Part shown: positions 22,856 to 35,496 of the stretch, piece after piece
How the letters are laid out: every line of letters starts with the position of its first letter
Position numbering within the stretch: position 1 is the first letter of the stretch
Source: a virus
Taxonomy: Duplodnaviria; Caudoviricetes
Reading direction: 5' to 3' (one strand)
Virus record (IMG/VR): IMGVR_UViG_3300028591_000106
Location: 64,001 to 128,000 of that record
DNA: 64,000 nucleotides
Program-made: the position numbers and the translations under genes
The notes under the pieces: model-generated
What the model was told of the DNA's origin: nothing
The model's database searches: none
Seen by the model: only the letters and a program-made list of their open reading frames with translations

Positions 22856-23509
22856 ATGGGAGCAATTTTACACTTGCCGCAGGGCGGCGCTCAGATTGTT
22901 GTTGTTTCTGAAATCCCTGAAGTTCCTATTCCTGGCGAAGATGCAACAACTCAAGAAATTCTAACAACACTTGGAACTTATACTCATGTTGTTGCTCCAG
23001 ACGGAACTTATAGAACAATCGAAGATATATGGGCAGATTATGAGAGTTGGGAGACAACTGCAGGTAACGGAGATATGGTACTAATTAATGATCAAAAGCA
23101 TAATGGATTGAATTTCCAGCCTCAATCTAGTTAGCATCCATATACAGTCAGCTTTATGTATATCGACCGCGTTATGAATTTTGCTTCAAAAAGAGTCATT
23201 GGGCAAGCAAGAATTAGTGAAGGAAGCTGGGGTAATACTGTTGTTAAAATTCATATTATCCCTTATTCTATTACTTCAACTGTTGATAGTGATATAACTA
23301 AAGTTAAGAATTATCTTGATGGTGGAGCGGCAAACGGTATTGTTACTTTAAGTTTTAGACACAATGGCTATGGTCCTGCTAATGATGATGTTGGAATTAT
23401 GCTTGGCGAGCTTGCTTCTGCAGGTCGTTATAAGATCGCGATTTCAATGGAATCTGACCAAACGAATGTTTGTCCTTCAATTTACGAATTAAATTTCCGT
23501 ACTTATTAA
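22856..23509 (+). CDS. hypothetical (tail-associated) protein, 217 aa
   Basis: two track ORFs fuse across the TAG at 23132. Confidence 0.65.
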
Positions 23510-23513
23510 AGTC

Positions 23514-23542
23514 TTGACTTTTCTCGCAAAGTATGGTATATT
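23514..23542 (+). promoter_or_regulatory. sigma70-type promoter inside the tail module
   Basis: TTGACT-17bp-TATATT with an extended -10 TG. Confidence 0.6.
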
Positions 23543-23563
23543 TATTATAATGGGGTGAAAGAA

Positions 23564-23896
23564 ATGCAAAATATTAATGTCCCAGTAAGAAAAAAGAAGA
23601 AGAGCATTGAAGAATTTTCCAAGTTACTTCTTCGTATGATTGTAGGGCTTACTATGGTTATTACTTTCTTTTGTATTTTCTTTTGCTTTAAATTTGAAAC
23701 AACCGAGCCTTTAACTTATCTCGTGCCGTCAGTTTTCACAGAGCTGGCGGCCGGGACTGGCTTTTATTATTGGAAAGCTAAGTCTGAAAATAAGATTAAG
23801 ATTACACTCGGTGCTATTGATGATTTAAGGCAGAAAGAAGACTTAACAGAGAATGAAGTAAGAATTATGGAAGCTCTAATAAATAGTTTGGGGTGA
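23564..23896 (+). CDS. two-TM holin-like membrane protein
   Basis: basic N-terminus, EFSK, 2 TM helices, GFYYWKAKSEN; no TAG. Confidence 0.6.
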   Translation: MQNINVPVRKKKKSIEEFSKLLLRMIVGLTMVITFFCIFFCFKFETTEPLTYLVPSVFTELAAGTGFYYWKAKSENKIKITLGAIDDLRQKEDLTENEVRIMEALINSLG

Positions 23897-23900
23897 GAGA

Positions 23901-24161
23901 ATGAAGAAAAATATTCCTGCAACCCCACAATATTTGGACTTTCTTAAAGAAGCTGAAAGTATTGATGATTTAGGAATATGGCTAGGCGGCGCAACGGTCA
24001 CTGGTACTTATGAGTTTAAAGTTGGTGAAGATGAACCTGTTCTTTTAACAGGTGAAGATACTACCAATTTTGTAGCTCCTGACCTTGCAGCGGCAGAAAA
24101 CGAGAAATTTAAGTTTCTTCGTACTAGCGATCATAAATTTTTATGTTAGAAGGAGGAATGA
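23901..24161 (+). CDS. hypothetical protein
   Basis: track ORF extended through TAG to TGA 24159. Confidence 0.6.
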
Positions 24162-24163
24162 TA

Positions 24164-27100
24164 ATGGCAGAACCAAGAGAATTTTATTTTCCTCTCCAAG
24201 ATAAAGCTGCTGATATTGATAGAGTTCTCCATGATTTAGTTGGAATTACAGATGCCGAAAATAGCATTGGTATGTATGTAAAAGTTATTGAACAAGAAGG
24301 AAAACCTCATTTCTGGTTTGGAGAGGGCGGCGAGAAATAGAAACCTATTGAAGTTGATAGTAGAGAGGTTCCAGTTGGAGACGGATAGGAATGGGTTGAG
24401 CCATCTGAATGGTATGCATAGGTTGGATTAAGCGAATATCGTATTGAAGATCATCCCGGAGTTGGTTATGTCTTAAAAAATGTTAATTCAAAACCTTAGT
24501 GTAAAATATGGGGCGGTTTTAAATAGGATGGCGTAATACATTATTTTACTTAGGAAGAATATGAAGAGTATTTCTTGTCATATAGTAACGCTTAGTATAA
24601 ATATGCTAATATTCGTCCTTTAACGGATGAATAGATAAATGCAATTAAATCTCTTGTTTAGAATCCAGATTTTTTTGATTAGTTTAATATTACTCATTAC
24701 TGTGGACCTGCTAATTTTAATTTTACTACTGCATATAGTGTAAGTGGTGTGGAATATGTAAACTTTCTTGAAGAAGATGGAATATTGAAACTTTAGCTTA
24801 CATCTTTAGCAGTAAATTCAAAATGGGATTCTTCAACTTAGACATATATTTATACTTTAGTTTCAACATTAGAAAGTTTTAATAGCCAAATTTTATTGGA
24901 ATTTTCATCAGATAAAGATCTTGTACTTAATTTTGATTGTGAAACTAAAGTAACTGGTGGTGGTTCTCTTTTAGAGTATATAGATACTGTCACAACAGAG
25001 ATAGAAATTCATAGAGAAGATTTTTATATTGATGAAACCAGATATTTTGGTTCTGAATTTACTTAGAATCCTTATTATGCTTCTTAGCTTGTCTTTGGTA
25101 ATGATCCAAAAGGTAATTTAGGTTTTAATAATAGTTGCAATTTAACTTTAAGAGGAAAGGCAAAAATTATTGGAGATGACTCCTCTTGGGCTCATTTCGC
25201 TCATAATTCAAAGATTGAGCTATACGATAATTCTTCCATTATAGGTAAAGAAAATGGATTGTTGATTATTGGCGGAAATGCATCTGCGTTAATCGGCTAG
25301 AGAGGAATGAGTAGTAACTACAAAGGAAAACGCCATTTAATATCCAAACACTCTTCTGCTCCAAATCTTCTAATTGGAGAATATGCTTGGATTGATGCAG
25401 AAGGAACCGGATATCTAAGTATAAAAGACGATTGCGATTTATTTATGGAAGATCATGCATGGTTTGCAATGTCAGGAGAATCAAGGGTAAGTTTAGATGG
25501 CTATTCTAGACTTCATATGTCAGCCGGCTCACCATATGCTAAAAGAAATCCTTGCAGCAACCAGGTCGTAGCAGATGATCATAGATTCATTTTTTAGAGT
25601 CTTTTTGAACAAGCAGATAATGAACATATAAGAAGTGGAGATATAAGTTCTCCTACGATTTTCGAAGTAGGAAGCCAGTATGATCCTGTAATGAAGCATT
25701 ATCGTTCTTAGGCAGATGTTCCATATATCTCATAGGCACATAAGTATGTTTCAGAATCTGAATATATGTCAACATTTAAGACAGATTTAGATAATAGTAT
25801 TGTTTTCATAAGTGTCTTAAGGGATTATTGGTATAGTGATCTAGATCCATTAAATAATCAGTTACAGGCATTACTTCCTGATTATAGTATTAAAAGGTAT
25901 TATTTATTTAGTGACTAGAATGCTCTTGATAGAGTGTTAAATTTCTTAGATGAAAACCCTTCATATAAAGAGTAGTTAACCGATTTTATTGAAAGATAGC
26001 ATCCTTATTTTACTGAAGAAGAGTTTAATTTATTTGAGAGTTTTTCTTCAAGTCCTTATTTTAATTATTCTTCAGTAAAGTCTTTAAATCCGATAGCAGT
26101 AAAACAAGATCCTTCTTTTGTCAATACCATTAAGTAGCTTAATTCATTTCCATTCTTTGATATTGAATATAAAATGGAAGGATAGTATGTATATACAGCC
26201 TTGTATCTTTTTTCACAAGAGCCGGATAAAAGTGATTTTAACTATATTTTAGATAAAGATATGTTTGATCCTAAATTAGTTCGTTATAACTACGATCATA
26301 AAACTTCTTATTCTCGTTATAGCATGGACAATTATTTTGACAGTGAATAGTATTATTGTGTTGTTACTCCATATGATCCAACAGTTGCAAGTAGCGGTTG
26401 CTATATTCTTCCTTCTCTTGCAGAATAGACGAGAGGAAAACTTATATCTGATGGAGGCTCATTAAATGAAAGAAAAGTAGGTACGACTTTCTTATTTGGT
26501 GGTCCAGATACTACTGCGATAATTGAAGGCTATGGAAAAACAAATATTCGAATAGGTGGAGATCCTTAGTCTTTCATAGGTCTTGATATTACTTCTGGAG
26601 ATAATTCTGTTACTAATTTTAAAATCGGTGCTAATGAATGGGGAGAAGTAAACTATTTCTTGACAGGTAATGATCTATTTATTGAATATAGCGATTAGGC
26701 TCATATTGAAGTTCATGACAACTCTAATTTTATTTTAAGTGGCAGAAAACCAAGTACCGAGAAAGCCCTTAATGACTAGAATCTTGTATTAGGACATCAC
26801 GATGAATTGTGGACTGTTCCCAAAAAGAATAGAAGCAATACAAGTCCTACATTATAGCTATATCATGGTTCAAGTTTTTCCATGTATGGAGTACTTTTAA
26901 ACACAAGTCTAATGACTATTGCTACAGAGATACTGGGATAGATTCAAGTAGATACTATTACACTAGTGAATTTACAAAATTCTCAAAAAGAAGAAAATTA
27001 GAAGTATGTCAAGGGCGCATAGTTCTTATTAAATTATATTGATTATGATAATGAGCCTCACAATCGTACTGAAGATGTAGTTATTATTGATCGAGATACT

Positions 27101-28006
27101 CTTTTCTCTATATTAGATTTATATATGCTATTTAATAAGAATGATCGTGGGAGCAAGCATCTTGAAACTATGGTTAGAGATGTTATTGAATTTACTGAAA
27201 CTCCTTAGGATTATACTAATCCATCTGAATATCTACCTTCAGGAGCACAAACAGCAGTTTTTACAGTGACATAGGCAAGAAAATATAGTGATTATCAATA
27301 TAATTGGATATTTTATTTCAAGGTTCAAAATTGTTTAAGTGGTATTAACGATACTTATAGAATGAACAAAGTTCCTTATAATCCTTTGTGTGAAATTGCT
27401 GATAATTCTGAATTTAGAATGTGGGGCAATACTAAGTTTATGATTAAAGATACTGGTATTACTCTTAAAGATAGCTCTGTAAATGATGATTATACCTTTA
27501 CTGTTAATGAATTATAGTCTGCTATTAATGGCGGCGGAGCTTCTAGTGCAAGTCAAGTTAGTTATGATAATACAACATCTGGTTTAATCGCGACAGATGT
27601 ACAAGGCGCAATTGATGAACTTGCAGCAGGAAGTGGAAGTGGTGGCACTTCTGTTTATAAAGAAGAAGTTCTTTGGGATTCAACCACTTCTACTGACACC
27701 TAGGGTCAATATACTTTATCTAAACCTTTTACAGATTTTGATGCAATTTGTTTCAAAGTTAATTGGAGTAATAGTAATGGTAATTATAGATTTGTAAAAA
27801 TACTACCGGTTTCTATTTTTACAGAAGAAATTGGTACTCTTTCTCGAATTGCAGTAGCAACTGGAGATGTCCAATACCTATATGTTCAAGTGTCTAATGA
27901 TAGTAAATTTGTTAGACAAGATACTGTTAATGGTATGTTAATGAGTAAAATTATTGGTATAAAATATGGTACTTCAGTCGCTTCTCTTAATGGCGTTGGT
28001 TTTTGA
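24164..28006 (+). CDS. large putative tail fibre/receptor-binding protein, 1280 aa
   Basis: no TAA/TGA in frame over 3.8 kb; about 36 TAG by hand count; beta-helix-like repeats; ASQVSYDNTTSGL.ATDVQGAIDEL fibre motif near the C-terminus. Confidence 0.75.
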
Positions 28007-28016
28007 GGTGAGTTAA

Positions 28017-28814
28017 ATGAATTATATTATTGATGGAACTTAGCTTACTGCAATAGCTGATGCAATTAGAGAAAAAACTGGGGAAGTTAATACTATGACT
28101 GTCGATGAGATGCCTGATGAAATTTCAGGCATCTCAGGCGGAATACCAGTACTCACTGAATCATAGTGGAATTCATTAACAACTGCATAGAAATAGTCTT
28201 ATAATTTAGTTGCTATACGAGATAAAGATCAAGGTTTTGAACGCGGTATTCTTGTAAATGGTGCTGATTATGTTGAAAAATCTTGGGATTTTACAGTAGT
28301 TAAAACTGGTTCTATAAGTGGGACTGAGACATATGAGTTTGAAGAATCTGGAACATATCAATTATTTATGATAGCAATTAACAGTGAGGCTTCAACATTT
28401 AATTTGAATAATACAGCTAGTTTAAATAATAACGCTATTACTGGTGAAGATATGAAATACAATGCTTGGGATGGTAGTTAGACAGATAAAAGAAATTATC
28501 GTATAACTAAATTTGAATTCAATGCGAATGTAAACGATATTTTAAGTTTTGAAACCTCTAATGTATCAAGCTATACTAATACGATATATGCAATTATAAA
28601 ATCTGATATTGCGTCAGTTGTTAAAACACTATCAACAGCAGACGATGTCACATCTGGAACATATGACGAACAGGCAATTGTTATGTATGGTACTTCTAAT
28701 TCAAATGCTGGTGGAACAATAGCAATAGAAGCTTATTTACCTAATACTCTTATTACGACGCCTTCGCCTGGATAGAGTTATAAATCATCATATATTTTCT
28801 GGTTCGAAATTTAA
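28017..28814 (+). CDS. tail fibre-like protein, 265 aa
   Basis: LTAIADAIREKTG...MT.DEMPDEI N-terminal motif; several TAG; absent from the track. Confidence 0.7.
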
Positions 28815-28841
28815 TTTATATATCATAAGGAGTTGAGAGAA

Positions 28842-29972
28842 ATGGAGTATGATTTTAACAAATACGCTACCTTTGGTTCAGATGGCGGCGGAGAATTTTA
28901 TGGTAAAAATTCTCCACAAAATATTGGCTATACTGATGGCATTCCCTATCCAGAGCCAAACTGGGAGCCTTTTGAAACTGCAACTTCTTCAGTTTCAACA
29001 TTAAAAAAAAATGAAAAAATTTTAGGCATGACCTATGGTTACTTTGCCAATCGTGGAGAAATTACATCAGCTAGTGGACTTAAATCACAACAGGCGATGT
29101 TTAATCTTGGAATTAACTGGACTTGTTTAACGGTAGTAAATTATCAAGAAACATATCACTCAACTCGAATTTATGCAGATCATCTAAGAACTCCTTCTGA
29201 CTATGATATAGAGCAATTCATTTCCAACGCTCATAACCGCAATATTAAAGTTTGTTTAAAACCGATGATTCATTCAGAAGATAATGTCTGGCGTGCTCAT
29301 ATTGGCTTTCCAGATTTAAACATGGATGATCTAAATGCGTATTGGTAGCCGTGGTTTGAGTCTTACAAAAACTTTATTCTTCGCTATGCCGAATTGGCTT
29401 AGCGTTGCGGCGTAGAAATGTTGTGTATTGGATGCGAAATGCTAGGTACAGAACATCGTCGATATGATTGGGAATACATCATTAAAGAAGTTCGTAGAGT
29501 CTATCATGGTGCAGTAGTCTATAATACAAATCATGACCATGAAGATGCACAAGAGTGGTTTGATTGTCTTGACTATATTGGAACATCTGCGTACTTTCCA
29601 GTTGGTAGACCAGATAGCTCATATGCAACTATGCTAAAAAATTGGCAAGAGGTCCGTTATCGTCTTGATGCGATTGCAGAAAGCCGCGGCAAGAGATTTA
29701 TTTTTATGGAAGTAGGATGCCGCTCTGTTAAGGGAGCATCTCAACATCCTTGGGACTTCACTCAAGAATTGGAATATAGTGAATGTGAACAGGAAGATTT
29801 TTATCGCTCTTGTATGAATATATTCTATGATGATCCTTACTTTGCTGGCGTATTCTGGTGGGATTGGCCTACTAATCTTCCTAAGAAAAAAGATAAAGAA
29901 TTTTATATTTATTAGAAACAAACAGAGCGTTATTTGACTGATTTCAATAAGACTAAATTGTTAAAGAAATAA
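28842..29972 (+). CDS. glycoside hydrolase family 113 (beta-mannanase-like TIM barrel), 376 aa
   Basis: GMTYG, TPSD, KVCLKP, WRAHI, CIGCEM and FMEVGC glutamate motifs, SAYFP, FWWDW; 3 TAG. Confidence 0.8.
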
Positions 29973-29990
29973 CGCCTCAAAATTACATTA

Positions 29991-30021
29991 ATAGAGAGAA
30001 GACTAATAACCTTCTCTCTAT
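29991..30021 (+). terminator. stem-loop/terminator
   Basis: ATAGAGAGAAG/CTTCTCTCTAT followed by TTCTTTT. Confidence 0.6.
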
Positions 30022-30042
30022 TTCTTTTATGGAGGGATTTTA

Positions 30043-30225
30043 ATGCTAAAATTAACAGATGAGCAAAAGAAGGAAATCGTAAAAGCAAGATTCTATGGCT
30101 TCCTTCCTTATTAGATTGCCAATGTTATGGATATTACTTCGCCAGATGTTCTTCAAATCGTAAAAGAGAACGAAGACTATACTGCAGAATTGGAGGGAAG
30201 AAACTATGTAGATGAAGGGAATTGA
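30043..30225 (+). CDS. small HTH-like protein upstream of the lysin
   Basis: GGAGG RBS; LTDEQKKEIVKA..YG....IA..M; one TAG. Confidence 0.6.
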
Positions 30226-31297
30226 TGTTAGTGTATGGAATGGCACTATTGATTGGGCAAAAGCAAAAACAGACATTGACTTTGCAATTCTTCGTGCAGG
30301 CTATGGAAGATTAGTTTCTCAAAAAGATGGGTAGTTTGAAAATAATTACAAGGGATGCAAAGAAAATAACATTCCATTTGGCGTCTATTGGTATAACTAT
30401 GCAACAACAGTAGAAGATGCTAAAGAGGAAGCCGCAGCTTGTATTGAAGTTTTAAAGGGCAAGACTTTTGATATGCCGGTCTGGTATGACATTGAAGAAA
30501 ATAATGTCTTTGATACTGGCAAGGAAAATGTTTCTAAGATTGCAAAGGTCTTTTGTGAAGTTCTTAAGGCTGCAGGTTATAAGGTCGGTATCTATTCTTC
30601 TCTTTGCACATTCAAAGCATATTTTACAGAAGAAGTTAAAAATAAATATGATATCTGGCTTGCTCATGTAGGAGCTGGTGGTCAGCCACTTACAAAAACT
30701 TCCTATGACGGTCACAAAGAAATGTGGCAGTATTCTTGGAAGGGTGTAATTAGTGGTATTAAAGGAGATGTTGATACAGATTACTGCTATAAGGATTACA
30801 GCTCCGCCGCAGTACCTGAACCAGTAAAACCTACTACACCAATCGTTAAGCCTGCGAACGGCGGCGAAAAGATCGATGTTATTTATAGTGCTTATATTGG
30901 AAGATGGCTAGGAACCATTACTAACTATAACGATGTTAATACTAATGGTTATGCAGGTATTCCAAAGAGAGGGATCTCCGGTCTCGCTGCTAAAGCAACA
31001 AAAGGTATTTTAAGATATAGAGTCCATACTGTAAATGGACAGTGGCTTGGTTGGATTACTAATTTTAACTAGGCAAATTGGGCAACTGGTGTTGCAGGTA
31101 TTGCTGGTAGAAATATTGACGGTATCTAGGCTGAGCTTGTTGGTGTTCCCGGATATTAGGTTGAATATCGTGTTGGAACTTATAGAACTCCTGGTTATTT
31201 ATCTTGGATTCGTGGATACGGCGCCGGCTCTATGGGATATGCGGGAATCTATGGATAGACTATTGACAGAATTCAAATGAGAATTGTCAAAATTTAA
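30206..31297 (+). CDS. endolysin: GH25 muramidase with C-terminal ChW-like repeats, 363 aa
   Basis: KGIDVSVWNG.IDW, FAILRAGYG, GVYWY, WYDIEE, MWQYS, VDTD; 6 TAG including codon 2. Confidence 0.88.
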
Positions 31298-31309
31298 TGA
31301 GGTGATTTA

Positions 31310-31627
31310 ATGGAAACAATGTTGGGTATGAGTGCAGGTTCTGTTCTTGGTATTGCAGGAACTTTGGCAGCTATTAATACTATTATTGTAGAGGTATTGA
31401 AGAATATTCTTCCTAAAAAAGTTCCTACTAAAATTGTTGCCATGATCTCTGCTATGGTCGTTGTTCTTGGATACATTTTCCTTTTTGGAGTTATTACTCC
31501 TCAAAGCATTATTCTCGGTATCCTTGGCGGCTTTGTTGTAGCTTTTATTTCCATGTTCGGTTTTGATTCTCTTAAAGATATATTTAATAGATTCAAAATC
31601 AAGGAGGATGACGGTGGTGAGAAATAA
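31310..31627 (+). CDS. holin
   Basis: 3 hydrophobic helices, charged C-terminus, follows the endolysin. Confidence 0.75.
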   Translation: METMLGMSAGSVLGIAGTLAAINTIIVEVLKNILPKKVPTKIVAMISAMVVVLGYIFLFGVITPQSIILGILGGFVVAFISMFGFDSLKDIFNRFKIKEDDGGEK

Positions 31628-34600
31628 TGGCGGAAAACAGATCAACAGAACAGGAAAGGTTTGATGATTTTGTTACTAATCTTATTAAAACAACCGATGT
31701 TTCAGATTTTAATGGAGCCTTGCTTAAAGGATTGGAGAATTAGACACCTGATTTTTGGAGATATATGATTGATTATATGTATCATGAATATGAAGATTAG
31801 TATTTAGGTCATGCGCCCATTCAAGAAGATGACTTCCCCGGAACTCCATCATTTGTTGAATTTTTGAATCAGTATATTGATTTAGATAATGATACAAATA
31901 GAAAAACAAGTTGGTCTACAATTTGGCAACAAATTAAAACCAATGCAATTAAAGGGGATAATGAGGTATGGAATGAGTCATTAGCGAATATTATTAAAAC
32001 TTTCGTTAATGCTTTTGATTCTAACGGAAGAATTTATATTAGAGGCAAAGAGGGCGAAGAAGGCAGCGTTTATATTTCTATTTATGATATAATGCATGCC
32101 AACGCTGGACATAAATTTTATGGTAGCGGCGATAAAAATGATTGGGTAATCCCCAACATTAATATTGATAATGAGGCTTATGGCGAAGTAAGAGGGAAAG
32201 ATAAGATTACTTCTGTTTTAAATAATGATGAAGAACTTTAGTTCACTAGTCTTGCTAAATTTCACGATAGTACAGAAAGAATAAAAGCAGAACTTTATAA
32301 TGCTGCTAAAAGTGCGCAAGAAGTATATGTTGTATTCCTAAGTAATTCTTGGGAGGAAGCAAGAAGCCATATTACTCCTGATTTATAGCATATTTTAGAT
32401 TATTGGGAGATAAATGAAGAAGAGCTTAAGAGAATAATAGAAAATGATGGTATTAATGTGAGTCAATATTTGATAATTTATTCAGAGACTTACCCTGAAA
32501 AACCAGAATAGCTCAACGATTATCCAGATATAAAATATCCTCTTAAAGAAGCTTCATGGCTTCGTTTACTTATGCCTAAATATCTTCGTAAAGTTGAGGT
32601 TGAAGATTTAAACCGTAACTTTTGGGTACTAGGGCAAACAATGTCTGCTGTCTGTGCATTTCTTTTCGGACCAAATGCTCCTTTTGCAAAATTGTTTGAA
32701 GATATGGCGGCAGAAATAACACAGCTTTGGGAAAACATTCTTTATCTTTGGCTTGCTTTTGCTATGGCGACTTAGAAGCCTGAGATTACAGATGTCCATA
32801 CTGAAATAGTTTATCTTCCTAATAGCGTTTATGAACCATATATTAAATTTGACAATTTTGATAAAGAAACTATTGTATTTGACGATAGTTTTTGGGAAGA
32901 CGTTAAGACAAAATGTAACTATATAGTTACTTAGCATTCTGATTCTCATGTTGTTATTGTTCCTAAAATTAGATGGAAGAATTTTAAACATAATTATTAT
33001 GAGGTAGAAGTATGGCCTGGTATTCTTTGGTATAATAGGAATACTAATCAATATACATATTCTAAATTTAGAACTTTAAAGAAAATATCTGACACCGCTT
33101 ATGATGAAGATTTACGCCCATATTGCTTAGGTGCTGCATAGGCAAGTGCGAATATAGCTGTAAAAATATTAGCTGGATCTACTTTTGAGGATGCTTTTAT
33201 TAAATATAGTGTTCCTGATTTAGACCATTTATTAATAGCATGGGGAATGTCAACAGATGATTATAAAAATCTTTTAGAAGAAGAGGGTGCGGGTGTCGGA
33301 TAGTCTTTATTTAGGTTTTATTCATCTTATCCAGCAGGACTCCCAGCAGATTCAGGTAGAATAGGATTCCTTTTAAAGAAAGATCATAATGACGAATATA
33401 TCTATCCTGCAACAGTAACTGTAGCTGAATAGTGGGCTAATGATCATGACGGTATTATTGTTGATGCCGCATCCTCAACATACTATTCTTTATGTTGGGC
33501 TATTAAAGAGGATGAATTTGATTATAGCTTGATTCCATCAGATTATGTTTTAGATCATCCAGGATATAAGAGTGAACCATATTATACTATAATTAGAACT
33601 CTTCCTTCTATAAAGTTCGGATATAATTCTACCTTAAAAAGATTGTATGTTGAGAGTCTTCGTATTAAAATTTAGGATGTAGGAACATTATTCTTTTACT
33701 ATCAAGAATCTGGATCCATTATTGATGAATATGAACCAATGACCGGATATGACCAAAATGGAGCAATAATTGATTTCAAACATACGGTAAAGCCATATAG
33801 AGAAACAATTTAGAATCCTTCCGCTCCCAATCCTTAGCCGGCAGAAATTCCTTGTAATTTTCCTATCAAATCTATGATGGATGTGCATAGAGGCGCATAT
33901 TATCAAGGAGAAATTCCTAGCTGGCTTATTGCTTGGGATGCTACTCCAGAGCCACCTCCAGAACCAGAGCCTGATCCAACTCTTTATTAGATAGATTTTA
34001 AAGAGATTCAATTAAATCCTTCTTCTTTAATTTTTAATTAGATAGGAAACATATATACAATAGTTGATTAGGCATATAAAAATATTACTTCTACTAATAT
34101 TTTAGAAGAGTTTAGAGCCGCATATGGAAATAGAATGACTGGCAATGGTTACTATATGGATAATAGTGATTATAGTAGTAATATAAATAATAGCGATCAT
34201 CCATTTAAACAAGATTTCCCTATAAAAGCAGATAATGATTTAGGTTTACAGCAATGGGAATCTCGTACTGGCGGATATGGAAGACAAGAAGCTGATTTAC
34301 AAGATCATAATGATCATTCAGATTCTCCAGTTGGACAAAGTTTTTATACTTGGGAAGCATTTAATTTAATAAATGGTCTTGAACAAGTACCGAGATAGAT
34401 TAATGGTTAGCAACAATTAATTTCCGGAGATGCTTATACGCTATATAACTATGCTGATGCAAATCCTCCTTAGAAAGATAATGGTGCATATTGTTTAATG
34501 ATAGGAACTCATCAGGTTTAGTTATGGAGAAACATTTGGAGTCCAACTATAATACCTTTTGGAGGTTAGCATATTAGTTCAGAAATGGGTTCTGATTATG

Positions 34601-35484
34601 TTACCTATTATATGGATGGAGATACTCTTTCATCTATTAATTGGTAGTATGATTCAGAGGCGGCAGAAGATGCTAGAGCTAATTATCCTGCTCTTCAATA
34701 TTATCCAAAACATGCTTTTTCAATTTCAAACTGTGCTTTACTACATAGATATGAAAATTAGGAATTGCAAATAAGTGCGAAAGACATACTTTATTCTTCA
34801 TTCTTACATAAAATGTATGCCCCTTCTGGATGGTTAAGACGAAGCGGCGGTATGTATAAACATTTTAGTATGAATAAGACTTTCTATCTTATTAAAGCTA
34901 GTGATAATAATGTATTATTAGAAGATAACTGGATTTGTATGCATATTCGTACATCTTGGGGTAGATATGCTGTAAATTAGAATCCTGTAAATGTATATTC
35001 TACTAATAAATATACAGATCCTAGTGATAAAGATGATACCACAGGTTAGATTATCGCATCAATTTCAATGTACTTTTTCTTCCCTGATGGCAGATGTGTT
35101 TATGCTATTTTAGATAGATATGACTCTTATGGATTTGGAGAACATACTTATCCTACTTGGCAAAATGCTATTAGTGGCTTGGGACACGATGCAGAATATT
35201 ATTTAAAGAATTGGAACTTAAGATTCTATGGAGACTTTGGAGCAAATAATAGAGAAGTATTCTTAAAGATATATAATAAAAATAATTTTACAAGTGGAAA
35301 TCTTAAAGATGCAAACTATTCTTTATTTGGTTCAAATGGACATGATACTATACATGAATATGACGGTATTGAATATAAGTTTTCTCCTTATCCTGATAAT
35401 GAAGTCTATGATCCAATTCTTTATCCAAACACTTTAGTTAAAAATGCTGAAGGTAATAAAGTATCTATTCTAAATGAGTCTTAA
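31627..35484 (+). CDS. large hypothetical (probably virion) protein A, about 1285 aa
   Basis: track ORFs 31864, 32572, 34135, 34765 and 35068 share one frame; only TAG was seen between them in the parts read; ends TAA. Confidence 0.7.
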
Positions 35485-35496
35485 TGAGGTGAGTAA

